A stretch of DNA of 64,000 nt from Cetorhinus maximus (taxonomy: Eukaryota). The stretch lies in NCBI RefSeq assembly GCF_964194155.1, contig NC_135901.1, positions 24,614,001 to 24,678,000 on the forward strand, in the 5' to 3' direction. This document shows, piece after piece, positions 1-10,731 of the stretch. The translations under genes were made by a program, and so were the position numbers. The notes below the pieces were generated by a model. The model was not told where the DNA came from and searched no databases. It was given only the letters and a program-made list of their open reading frames with translations. The stretch's first letter is position 1. Each line of letters opens with the position of its first letter.

Positions 1-556
1 GTTGGAGTTGTATAGAAACTTGGTGAGGCCACAGCTGGAGTACTGTATGCAGTTCTGGTCGCCAAATTATAGGAAGGATATGATTGCATTGGTGGGGGTG
101 CAGAGGAGATTCACCAGGATGTTGCCTGGGATGAAATATTTAAGTTATGAAGAGAGGTTGGATAGACTTGGGTTGTTTTCATTGGAGCAGAGAAGACTGA
201 GGGGTGACCTGATCGAGGTGTACAAGATTATGAAGGGCATGGACAGGGTGGATAGGGAGCTGCTGTTCCCCTTAGTTGAAAACAAGTTCAAGGTGAGAGG
301 CAGGAGGTTTAGGGGGGATGTGAGGAAAACCTTTTTACCCAGGGGGTGGTGACGGTCTGAAATGCACTGCCTGGGAGGATGGTGGAGGTGGGTTGTCTCA
401 CATCCTTTAAAAAGTACTTGGATGAGCACTTGGCATGTCATAACATTGGGCCAAGTGCTGGTAGATGGGATTAGGTAGGTAGGTCAGATGTTTCTCACGT
501 GTCGGTGCAGACTCGATGGGTCGAAGGGCCTTTTCTGCACTGTGTGATTTTGTGAC
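1..556 (+). mobile_element. CR1 (HER1-like) LINE 3' end, decayed
   Basis: ORF 2-352 LVRPQLEYCMQFWSP...LEQRRLRGDLIEVYKIM is the CR1 ORF2 C-terminus, followed by a typical 3' tail. Confidence 0.9.
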
Positions 557-599
557 ATGTGAAGTAAGAGGCAATGTCCACTGGACCTGTTAAAGCCAC

Positions 600-2170
600 A
601 TTACTGTTAAACTCATTGGGGTTTATGTGGACTGTATCAGAATGGTGCTGTGTCTTTGTTTCCCCATGAGAGCTGTAACATCCTTTTGAAATACCCACCA
701 CAATATTTAGCCCAGAAATCTGAGGTAATTGTGATCACAGCCATTCAAACCATTGCAGACAGAATCTCCAACTATTCTGAAAGATCTTTTGGTTATAACT
801 CGCTCAGGGAAAACCAACCACTCTGGCAAAACACAGCTTCTCTACAGCAGAAAGGAAGCCACTCATCCTCCAATTCAAACGCCACAGGAGTTAGTGAAGA
901 GGATGATAGTAATAACCAAGCAGACTGATTCAGCAGGAAAGCTGCTCCAGAGGGGATTCCATGGGATCTACCCAAAACTCCATCATTGGCACCAGTATGA
1001 CAGACTCCAGTTAAGGCTGATGTAAAAACTTGTCAGGACCATGACCTGTTGTGACTCTGGTCAAAGAGGCTGTACACCATAGGAAAGTCTTTCCCTCATC
1101 CCTCGCAGCAAGTAATGATTTACCCATCCTATATCATAAGGTTTTCTACCACAAGGATGGCTCTAATTTGATTTGAATCACATCTCAATACCTTAGAATT
1201 TTGTTCATGGATCAAATTAGGCGAGTGTTTCTCTGTTTCAAGTCCTCGATTTGTTACATAATTACTAATGGTGGCCGAGGATGCACCATGATGTCCATCA
1301 CCACCCGAACCTGCGTCTCATCTGTGTCCAAATTAAGCCAGCTTCTGCTACACGAAAGGTCCCATTAACATGTCCCATCTTAATGATGTCCCTAGAAACA
1401 TTGCAGATTGATTATACAGTCCCACAACCCACAGTAAAAGGTGACTGGTATATTCTGGTAGTTATAGATATGTTTACATGGTGGATTGAAGTTTTCACTG
1501 TCTGTAAAATTGATGCAGTCACTACAGTTGAAATCCTGGAACAGATCTTAATCAGATGGGACTTTCTGAAAAGGATAGAGGGTGATAATGGTTCTCATTT
1601 CACAGCAGACATCATGTAGCAGCTCTTTCATCTTGTGGCTGTGGAACAACATTTCCACATCCCCAACCACCCAGAATCCAGTGGAATGGTCGAGAGCTTT
1701 AATCACTCTGTAGAAACAACACTGATAAAGCTATCATGAAGGGAGCTGATGGTCTGGTCAAGCTCAATGACTGGGTCACTGTCTTGCCTCTTGCCTGGCA
1801 TCTTAATGACCCTTCACTCCACTCCTGTTCACTCCCCTGGTCACAGACCATTTCAGCTCATGACAGGTCTGCAAATCCAGATTGTGAATCCCCCCGGGGT
1901 CCCACTCCCCACTACTACTCGACAGACTCACAAACAGTTTATCTGCTAGAGGCAGAGAAGAAGATGGTGCTGTCCATCTCAAAACTCCAGGGAGAACCAC
2001 CCCACCCGTTACATTAACTGTTCAATGGGAGATAAATTCATGTTAAAAACATTGCTAAAATGGGGTGGGGCTGGGAAACCAATTGGGGAGGTCTACATGA
2101 TGTTCTGAATAATTGAGGGAATCAAATCTTATATTCGGTAATTGGAAACAAGGAAAGGAAACACAATATC
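600..2170 (+). mobile_element. Decayed retroviral/LTR-element pol fragment (RNase H + integrase)
   Basis: RNase H-like motifs VYVD (~622), AQKSEVIVI and NNQAD. Integrase core LQIDY / ILVVIDMF / EGDNGSHF / HFHIPNHPESSGMVE (1400-1700) and a GPY/F-like tail. Contains stops and frameshifts. Confidence 0.8.
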
Positions 2171-2273
2171 TATATTGCCAAGGAGATCAGTGTAAACAGT
2201 GCAAAATGAAAAGTCAGATAACCAGATAAAGAATAAATGCTTTGTTTGATTTTATCCAACAGGAACAAGATGT

Positions 2274-2482
2274 CATAAAAGCAAAATAGTGCAGATGCCG
2301 GAAATCTGAAACAAAAACAGAACATGCTGGAAAAACTCAACAGGTCTGACAGCATCTGTGGAGAGAGAAGCAGAGTTAACATTTAGAGTCTGTATGACTC
2401 TTTCAGAGCTAAAGGGAAGTAGAAATGTGATTAAATTTATACTGTTTAAGGGGGGGTGGAGCAGGTGAAGCTGAATAGAAGG
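2274..2482 (-). mobile_element. Penelope-like element terminal (pLTR) fragment with degenerate hammerhead
   Basis: Reverse complement of GATGCTGTCAGACCTGTTGAGTTTTTCCAGC tail. TSD ACAAGATGT at 2265-2273 and 2483-2491. Confidence 0.75.
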
Positions 2483-2659
2483 ACAAGATGTGGATGGTCA
2501 TCATGCCCCTGGACTGTGTTGAGACTGAAGAGTTATTCCTGCCGTATGATCCTCCCCCCAGATTGTGGTGCGTTGTGATGTCCTGAGGTTGTGAACAGCG
2601 TTATATCAATGCAAGTCTTTTTGCCAAGTTGCTGACAACGTGCACTCTCCTGATGTTGA

Positions 2660-2990
2660 TGTCTGGAGATTTTAATTTTTGCCCCATATATCCAAACCCA
2701 GGTCATTTCTCTATACTGGGGAGAGCAATGGTCCCAACACTGACCCTGGGAGACACCAGTGTTTACATCCCTCCAGTCTGAAGAACATCCATTAACCACT
2801 GCTCTCTGTTTTCTGTCATTTCCCAAATTCCTACTCATGCTGCCCCACTCCCTTTAATACCGTGAGCTTTAACTTTATCAACAGGCCTCCTGTCCGGCTC
2901 CTTATCAAACACCTTCTGACAACATCCACTGGATTTCCTTGCTCACTGCACTGTGTTATTCCCTCAGATAATTCCTGCTGTTTGTCCTGA
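2660..2990 (-). mobile_element. Old CR1 RT fragment
   Basis: RKQRAVVNGCSSDWRDVNTGVSQG in ORF 2533-2838. Confidence 0.7.
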
Positions 2991-3447
2991 ATGAATCCAT
3001 CTCATTAACAAATGTTGAGATTCAGGGACAGACTCAGTGCTCCAGTCCTTTTCCCTTATTCCTGTTGGTCTGAAGCTCACCTCAGTCCCCAGGGCCGGGT
3101 TCATGGTGAAACGGATGGTCCTGAGCTGCCTTTAGAAAATAACCAGCAATTCAACTCATAAGTTACAATATTTAATCGAACAAAATTGATCAAAGATTCT
3201 GATAAAATATTCTCCAAAGTTTTCTAACATGGCGCTGAGATTGTTCGTGATGATTTCATCATGGTCACCATTACCTGGTGTAGCCCGGGTTTATTTTATA
3301 CCCGTTCCCTGAGGCACTTTACCCCCACCCAAAATCCCCATCCTTTGGAGAAAACTCAGTCACTGATCTGAGATTAGGGATTTAAATGGTGGCTCTAACA
3401 ACCCAGCATTCACCAAGAGGCAGAATCCACCCTATCTCATAAACACC

Positions 3448-3622
3448 AGAGCCCAAAATAAAACAGGGAACATTATCCCCCAGACCCGAATATAAAACAG
3501 CGAACATTATCCCAAGACCCAAATATAAAACAGTGAATATTATCCCCAGACACGAATATAAAACAGTGAACATTATTCTCCCCCCCAGACCCGAATATAA
3601 AACAGTGAACATTATCCCCCAG
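3448..3622. repeat. Minisatellite, ~33-bp unit x5
   Basis: Unit CAGACCCGAATATAAAACAGTGAACATTATCCCC repeated with small variants. Confidence 0.9.
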
Positions 3623-4145
3623 ATCTGGGAGCTGCCCTGAGACTGTGACATTCCAATGTTCCAGATGTGCTCATTCCAGGAACAGGATATAAGGACCCGA
3701 TTATTGGAGACCAGGGACACCCCCCTTCAAACTTGCCTCATGTGAGGAACTACACCAGTGAGGTTCAGGAATGATGCAACCAGAGTCACATGACCACCAG
3801 GTGCATCATCGAGCAAAGCATCACAATGTTGAAGATGTGTTTCAGGTGTCTGGATAGGTCTGGAGGTGACCTTCAGTACTCGACAGCCAGGGACTCCAGA
3901 ATAATAGTGATGTGCTGCACCCTCACAACATTGCATAGCAGAGGAGGAGGAGGAAGGGACAGACTGAGCTAGTGGGAGGTGAGGCAGCCTGTCAGGTACT
4001 GCCTGGGAGTGGCGGGTGAGGCCAGTTAAAAGGTCAGAAGTGAGAACGCTTTGAGTGGAGTTCCCACTTGCATGTCTCCTTTCTCCATCATCCCTCTCCC
4101 AGACCAGCGTCACATCATTTCTCCTACTCTGCTGCAGACCAGCTG
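3623..4145 (+). mobile_element. PIF/Harbinger transposon remnant (DDE transposase C-terminus plus probable convergent ORF2 fragment)
   Basis: LLGDQGHPLQT...SHMTTRCIIEQSITMLKMCFRCLDRSGGDLQY..IIVMCCTL resembles HARBI1-type transposase. 4060-4143 also matches 25560-25645. Confidence 0.8.
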
Positions 4146-4860
4146 GAATCATCCTGGTCAATTTTCTCTGCACCCTCCAGTTTCTCTATATCCTTTTCAT
4201 AATATGGTGGCCGGAATCATATGCAGTACTCTAAGTGTGGTCTCACCAAGGCTTGATACAGATTCAGCTTAACTTCCATACATTTCAATTTTATCCCTCT
4301 AGAAATAAATCCTAGTGCTTGGTTTGCTGTTTTATTGCCCTGCTAACCTGGGGCACTGCTTTTATTGTTTAGGATGTTTGTCCTCTGAGATCCCTTTGTT
4401 CCTCTACTCCACCCAGACTCACACCTTTTCCTACCACGGATGTGAAGCTGACTGGTCTATAATTCCCTGGGCATATTCTGTCTACCATTTTAAATATAGG
4501 AGTTACATTAGCTATTTGCCAGTCTTCAAGCACTACACCTTTTTAATGATTAAATCTGTGTAGTGAGGCTCCTGCTATCTTTTCCCTAGTTTTAAAAAAA
4601 TCTGTGGTTGCAATCCATTCGGATCCGAGACTTTTTTTTTAAGTTTGATTTGTTTCTTTAATACAGCCCCTTTCTGGACTTTAAATTGACTTATCTCATG
4701 ACTCATCTCATCATTCAATGTCACATCTCCCTGTTCTATCTCCCTGGTAAGTACTGAAACACAATAATTATTGAATATTTCTGTCATCTCTCTATTGTTC
4801 CCTGTGGTATTATCCTGCCTAATCCCTTAATGATCCTATTCCCATTCCAGCCTTCCTCTT
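4145..4860 (-). mobile_element. Old CR1 fragments
   Basis: EIFNNYCVSVLTRE and DPNGLQPQIFLK-like CR1 ORF2 remnants. Confidence 0.55.
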
Positions 4861-4869
4861 ACTGATGTT

Positions 4870-6220
4870 GTCAACATCCTTCCAACTACATAAGTTGGTG
4901 GACGTGCAGCAAATCAAACTGTTGGGGATGGGGGAGCTTCATATGGTTCACTTTTATTGATGGCTGAAGAGACCAATCCGTGAGAGGCAAGTTCTGCCAC
5001 ATATGGCACATATGAAATAGTTCTCAGGTGCAGTTGTGGGTTGCTGTTTTCAGTGTTGGCACCTGTTGCCAAGCCACTGTAATGACCATCCTCCATCCTG
5101 TGAACATACCCGAACCAGTGAAGTCACCTCTGCTTGATGAGAGCCAGCATACTTGGGAGATTTGTCTTTGAGAGGACTGCCGCATTCTTGATTCTGTCCC
5201 TGAGACGCCCAGAATGTGCCGCAAACAGCGAAGGTGAAAGTTGTTGAGCTTCCTTTCCTGATCACTGTAAATCGTCCATGTTTCACAGGCAGACAACAAG
5301 GTGCTGAGGACACAGGCCTCATAAACCAGCATCTTGGTGCTGAGAGGCAGCTTGATGTTATTCCATGGACGATTCGTGAGTCAGCCAGAAGTGGAACTGC
5401 TTTCCCTACGCGTGTATCGAGCTCTGCATTGAGAAACAGATTGTCTGTCACTGTGGACCCAAGGTCATAGATTTCACTGACCACTTCCAGCGGGGTGTTA
5501 TTTACTGTGATATTTAGGGTGGAGATGTGACACCATGTCCCCAAACCACAGTTTTCTTGATGTTTACATTAAGGTAGAACAAGGTACAGACATGGGAGAG
5601 ACAGTGCATGAGTCTTTGTAGCTGAGTTTCTGTGTGAGTCACTAGTATGGCATTATCACTGTAGCAGAGGTCTGTGATCGAGACAGGCTGTATTTTTTTG
5701 ACTTCACTTTCAGACTGGACAGGTTGTAGAGTTTGCCATCTGATCGAGTATGCAGGGAAACTCCTTCCATATCTGCAGGGAAGGCCAAGGTCAGGAACAT
5801 GGAGAAGAAAATACCAAACAAAGTGGGGGCTAAGACACAGCCCTGTTTCACTCCATTCTTCACCCTGAAACTGTCAGAAGTGGAGCCATCAAACTGTACA
5901 GTACAGGGTGTGTTGTTACGAAAGGAGTGGATGAGACTGAGGAGCTTTGATGGACAAAGCTCTTGCTGCAATCTCCTCTGTCACCTTTGTTTTTGTATAC
6001 GGTGATGATTTTTGTGTCACTCATGTCCTATGGAATGGATCCTACCTTCCAACAGAGAAGAAAGAAATCATGAAGATATAGCAGTAAACAGGACTTGCTG
6101 TGCTTGAGAATTTTGGCTGCAATTCCATCCTTGTCGGCTGTCTTTCAGTTTGTCCAACTCAACCATGACAGGAAGCTGCGGGAAATAGTTAAATGGAGAT
6201 TGAGAGATGTCTGTCTCATG
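4870..6220 (-). mobile_element. RTE (BovB-like) LINE RT fragment
   Basis: VKNGVKQGCVLAPTLFGIFFS and VYEACVLSTLLSACETWTIY...LNNFHLRCLRHILG. Paralogous to 49004-49935. Confidence 0.85.
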
Positions 6221-6620
6221 AGAGTTCCTTGATAATTTAATTTCAGAATGAAGTTGTCACTGTATGTAATGTGCAAGAAAGTCAGAATTGTCAGCAAGGA
6301 TTAATCAGCATTTTCTGTTTAGAGATGTTAATCAGTGGAACCTTCCAGACACTGAATTGTTGAGTTTGCACCAAAGATTAATTTCGGATTGAAGTAAAAG
6401 TTCATAATTTTATTGTTAATAGTTCCTGGTGAGAGTTCTTGAGTTAAAGGGAAAGATCACTGACAGTGCTTTTAAAAAGGGACATTGTAACCCTGAAAAT
6501 CAGTGACATCTCCAGATTATTAAAGTCCAGCCAGTGATAGGGATTGTTAACATCAGCAGAAACAAACCCAGTCTATCAATCCAGGATGTGATTAACAGCA
6601 GCAAAATCCAACTCCTGCAG

Positions 6621-7559
6621 TCACTTATGAAGTCGCTCGTGTGTCACTAGACTGCAGGAGCGAGTGAATCCCTTCCCACACACAGAGCAGGTGAACGGTC
6701 TCTCTCCAGTGTGAACTCGCTGGTGTGCAGAGAGAGCAGATGAACATCTGAACCTCTTTCCACAGTCAGTGCAGCTGAATGGCTTCTCATCAGTGTGAAT
6801 TTGCTGGTGTGACTTAAGGGTGGATGATACAGTGAATCTCTTTCCACACAGAGAGCAGGTGAATGGTCTCTCCCCAGTGTGAACTCGCTGGTGTTCAACA
6901 AGGGCGTATGACTGCTTGAAACTCTTCCTGCAGAAAGTGCAGCTGAATGGCCTCTCCCCAGTGTGAACTCGCTGATGACTCACCAGGCTTGATGACTGAG
7001 TAAATCCCTGCCCACACACTGAGCAGGTGAATGGCTTCTCCCCAGTGTGAACTCACTGGTGTTCTTCGAGGGCGGATGAATACCTGAACCTCTTTCCACA
7101 GGAAGTGCAGCTGAATGGCTTTTCCTCAGAGTGAATTCGCTGGTGAGTAACCAGGTTGGATGACTTTGTGAATCCCTTCCCACACATGGAGCAGGTGAAC
7201 GGTCTCTCCCCAGTGTGAACTCGCTGATGTTGATTGAGGTCAGATGAAGACCTGAACCTCTTTCCACAGGAAATGCAGCTGAATGGCCTCTCCTCAGTGT
7301 GAATTCGCCGGTGCAACATTAGGCAGGTAGGCTGAGTAAATCCCTTGCCACACACGGAACAGATGAACGGCCTCTCCCCAGTGTGACTGCGTCGATGGTT
7401 TTCCAGCAGGGATGGATAATCGAAACCTTTACCACAGTCCTCGCATTTCCATTGTTTTTCCACGGTGCCGGCCCAGGTGTGACTGCGTCGATGATATTCC
7501 AGCCGGGATCTATAACTGAATCCTTTACCACAGTCCTCGCATTTCCACGGTTTCTCCAT
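6621..7559 (-). pseudogene. C2H2 zinc-finger gene, 11 finger units, single in-frame TGA in finger 6 (truncated gene or recent pseudogene)
   Basis: ATG 7559 MEKPWKC. ORFs 7053-7595 and 6621-7019 are in the same frame, separated only by HQ*VH (TGA 7053-7055). TGERPF linkers. Acceptor TTTTACAG at 7934. Confidence 0.85.
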
Positions 7560-8280
7560 GGTACCAGTATCCTTGTGTCTCTCCAGGTTGGACAATCAGT
7601 TGAAGCCTCATCCACACATAGAACACGTGTACAGTTTCTCCCCACTGGAAATGGTGTGATGTTTGTTCAGGCTGTGTAACTTGCTAAAACCCCTTCCACA
7701 GTCACTGCACTGTAATGCTGTCACACAGGGGGTCAGGGGGTGGGGGGTGTCTTGGTGCTTTTCCAGTCACACTGATGTTTGAAATCTTCTCCCACAGACA
7801 GAACAGAGAAACGTTTCATATTCCACATTCAAAGGCCGATGATATTCAGGTCCTGGTGAACTGACTGACTGTCAGTTCTTGACATGAAGCTTGATTTGAG
7901 TTTCCCATCTGTAAATCCTCTCCTAATATTATCCTGTAAAAGGAGATTACACAAGTCATCACTTTAAATCCAAGGCAGAAATTGGGAACAGACAATTCTA
8001 GTTTCTGTGGAACATTTTTTCCCCTCTTGTTCCCCCAAAGCTGTAAATCCCTGTCCCACACACTCTCCCTCCTCCCTGGGCTGAAATCCAAACCCATCTC
8101 ACCATCTCCACCATTTCTTTCCTCCACTCCCAGTTTTCTCCCTCCATCTCCTCTGCCTGGGTTCAGTTCTCCAGCTCTTGTCTGCAGACTGTCAATAAAA
8201 TCAATGAGTCTTATTGGGGTTTGGGGCCTCCAGCGGGTGTTTCTGAATCCTCCCCGCCCACCTCCCAGGGTTTCCTTCCT

Positions 8281-8507
8281 TCCCACAGATCAGATTCCTC
8301 ATTGATTTGAGCCCAAAGTGTAACCTCTTATTTATTGTCCCCCCCTCCCCCATCCTCTGATGTGAACCATCCTCCACTCGCTGACCCAGGATGGCGGCCG
8401 TTAACCTGGGCCTGTTCCCGGGAGGGAGAAGCCCCGCAGCTGCAAACCAGGAGCTGACAATTATTCCTCAGGGTTTGCGGATCCACAAAGTGTTTCCAAA
8501 TCCTCCC
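8281..8507 (-). promoter_or_regulatory. Conserved first-exon/5' block of ZNF paralogs with YY1-like GCCGCCATC
   Basis: Near-identical copies at 38359-38469 plus 39458-39571, 46669-46894, 51707-51931 and partially 56233-56316. Confidence 0.7.
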
Positions 8508-8539
8508 ACTCACCGCCTCGCTCTGACTCCGCTTCTCCG

Positions 8540-8900
8540 GGACAAACAAGCGCTTCTTCTCGCAAGGCCATCAATCGCAATGCGCATGCTCCAAGCTCTT
8601 CGACACTGCACCTGCGCACTGGTGTCCCGCTGTACGGCGCATGCCCCAGCTCACGGGACTCGCCTGATAGACAGATGTTCTGGACCAATAGAGGCTGGGG
8701 GCGGGGCTGGAGGACAGGGCGCGAGACGCTGGTTCTTCAACCAATCGGAGCGAATGAGGGGCGGGACTGAGCCCGTATCTCCCTCATTAGCTGAAACTGC
8801 ATCATTTCAAAAACTGATTTATTGCAAACTCCAGGAGAAAACTGGACCTTTCTGTTTGTGGCTTTAAACAGATGAAACCCTGTGGGTGTGGAGTAAACAT
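8540..8900 (-). promoter_or_regulatory. CpG-rich ZNF promoter (type A)
   Basis: NRF1-like TGCGCATGCTC at 8581, CCAAT at 8685 and 8741, GC boxes at ~8697 and ~8758. Locally CpG-rich. Confidence 0.7.
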
Positions 8901-9043
8901 TTCAATATTTGTTAGTGAATGATGAAACAATGTACAAACAATTTAAGGGCTGACTTCAAGAGCAACTGGGCAGATCGGGAATGTCATCATTTGAATAAGG
9001 AGATCCCCTGGTTTCAATAAATGAAGTGACAGGGCTAGGACAG

Positions 9044-10320
9044 AAACGTAGAAACTAGGAGCAGGAGTAGGCCATTCAGCCCTTCAAGCCTGCTTTGCCA
9101 TTCATCACGATCATGGTTGATTATCCAACTCAATAGCCTGATCCCGCTTTCTCCCCATATCCTTTGATCCTTTTAGCTCCAAGAGCTATATCTAACTTCT
9201 TCTTGAAAACATACAATGTTTTGGTCTCAACTACTTTCTGTGGTGGTGAAATCCACAGGCTCACCACTCTCTGGGTGAAGAAATTTCTCCTCATCTCAGT
9301 CCTAAGTGGTTACCCCGTATCCTCAGACTGTGACCCCTGGAACTGGACTTCCCCACCATCAGGAACATCCTTCCTGCATCTACGCTGTCTAGTCCTGTTA
9401 GAATTTTATAGGTTTCTATGAGATCCCCCCTCATTCTTCTGCATTCCAGCGAATATAATCCTATCCAACTCAATCTCTCCTCATATGTCAGTCCCGCCAT
9501 TCCAGGAATCAGTCTGGTAAACCTTCGCTGCTTCTTCTATCGCATGAACATTTTTCCTCAGATAAGGAGACCAAAACTGCACACAATATTCCAGGTGTGG
9601 TCTCACCAAGGGTCTGTATAATTGCAGCAAGGCATCCCTGTTCCTGTACTTGAATCCTCTGGCTATGAAGGCCAACACACCATTAGCCTTCTTTACCGCC
9701 TGTTGCACATGCATGCTTACCTGCAGCGACTTCTGCATGAGGACACCCAGGTTTCTTGCACATTCCCCTCTCTCAATTTATAGCCATTCAGATAATAATC
9801 TGCCTTCCTGTTTTTGCCACCAAAGTGGATAACCTCACATTTATCCACATTGTACTGCATCTGCCATGCATTTGCCCACTCATTCAGCTTGTCCAAATCA
9901 CACTGAAGCATCTCTGCATCCGCCTTACAGGTCACCCTCCCACCCAGCTTTGTGTAATCTGCAAATTTGGAGATATTACATTTAGTTCCCTCATCTAAAT
10001 CATTAATATATATTGTGAATAGCTGGGGTCCCAGCACCGATCCCTGTGGTACCCCACTAGTCACTGCCTGCCATTCGGAAAAAGACTCATTTATTCCTAC
10101 TCTTTGTTTCCTGTCTGCCAACCAGTTTTCTATCCATCTCAATACACTACCCCCAATCCCAATTTTACACGCTAATCTCTTATGTGGGACTTTGTCCTAA
10201 GCCTTCTGAAAGTCCAAATAAACCACATCCACTGGCTCCCCCTCATCAACTCTATTAGTTACATCCTCGAAAAATTCCAGTAGATTTGTCAAGCTTGATT
10301 TCCCTTTCGTAAATCCATGC
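9044..10320 (-). mobile_element. CR1 LINE, 5'-truncated (RT plus 3' tail)
   Basis: WIENWLADRKQRVGIN...SGVPQGSVLGPQLFTIYINDL...KFADYTK and [10 protein letters not shown]. Confidence 0.92.
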
Positions 10321-10340
10321 AGGTTAGGGAGAAAGTTAAT

Positions 10341-10731
10341 GAAGTTCAGCTCTTCTCTCTGACGGGATTTCCGTTTGTCCCTTTCACCATGTTCACCTTA
10401 ATTGTTTTCCATTTTCCTCCTGGTGTTTGTCAAGGTGTTTACCAAAACTCAGACACTACCATTAACACTCCCGCTGTCTTGTGTCTTGTCAAATTTCTCC
10501 TTGACTCCCACCTATCCTGACCTTCTATTTTGCTTCACCTGCTTCACCCCTTCTAAAACAGTATAAAATCCATCACATTTCTATTCCTCTTTAGCTCTGA
10601 AGAAGGGTTCTACAGACTCAAAATGTTCACTCCGTTTCTCTCTCCACAGATGATGCCAGACCTGCTGAGTTTTTCCAGCATTTTCTGGTTTCATTTTAGA
10701 TTTCCAGCATCTGCAGTATTTTGCTTTTGTC
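10341..10731 (+). mobile_element. Penelope-like element 3' fragment (older subfamily) with degenerate hammerhead
   Basis: CTGAAGA-AGGGTT-CTACA-GACTC-AAAA at ~10596-10623, followed by the tail. TSD TTAGGGAGAA(A/G)GTTAAT at 10324-10340 and 10732-10748. Confidence 0.75.

Noticed and set aside
3448-3622. CRISPR-like repeat array
   Set aside because: Head-to-tail units without unique spacers, no cas genes, vertebrate context.
3382-3720. Hydrophobic repeat ORF (IMFTVLYSGLG) resembling a membrane protein
   Set aside because: It is the translation of the 33-bp minisatellite.
7053-7055. Selenocysteine or programmed readthrough at in-frame TGAs
   Set aside because: The TGAs replace Arg rather than Cys, lack the UGA-CUAG context, and no SECIS was recognised. 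CpG decay explains them.
7846-7908. MGNSNQ myristoylation-like start of exon 2
   Set aside because: The ATG is absent in several paralogs and frames are broken, so it is probably incidental.
8360-8420. HDV-like ribozyme in the conserved block
   Set aside because: CCTCC..TCGCTG resembles the L3 region, but I could not build the P1/P2/P3 pseudoknot.
8328-8549. Recurrent ORF GRIWKHFVDPQTLRNNCQLLVCSCGASP as a conserved peptide
   Set aside because: No shared ATG, and near-identical DNA makes all frames look conserved. No codon-level evidence.
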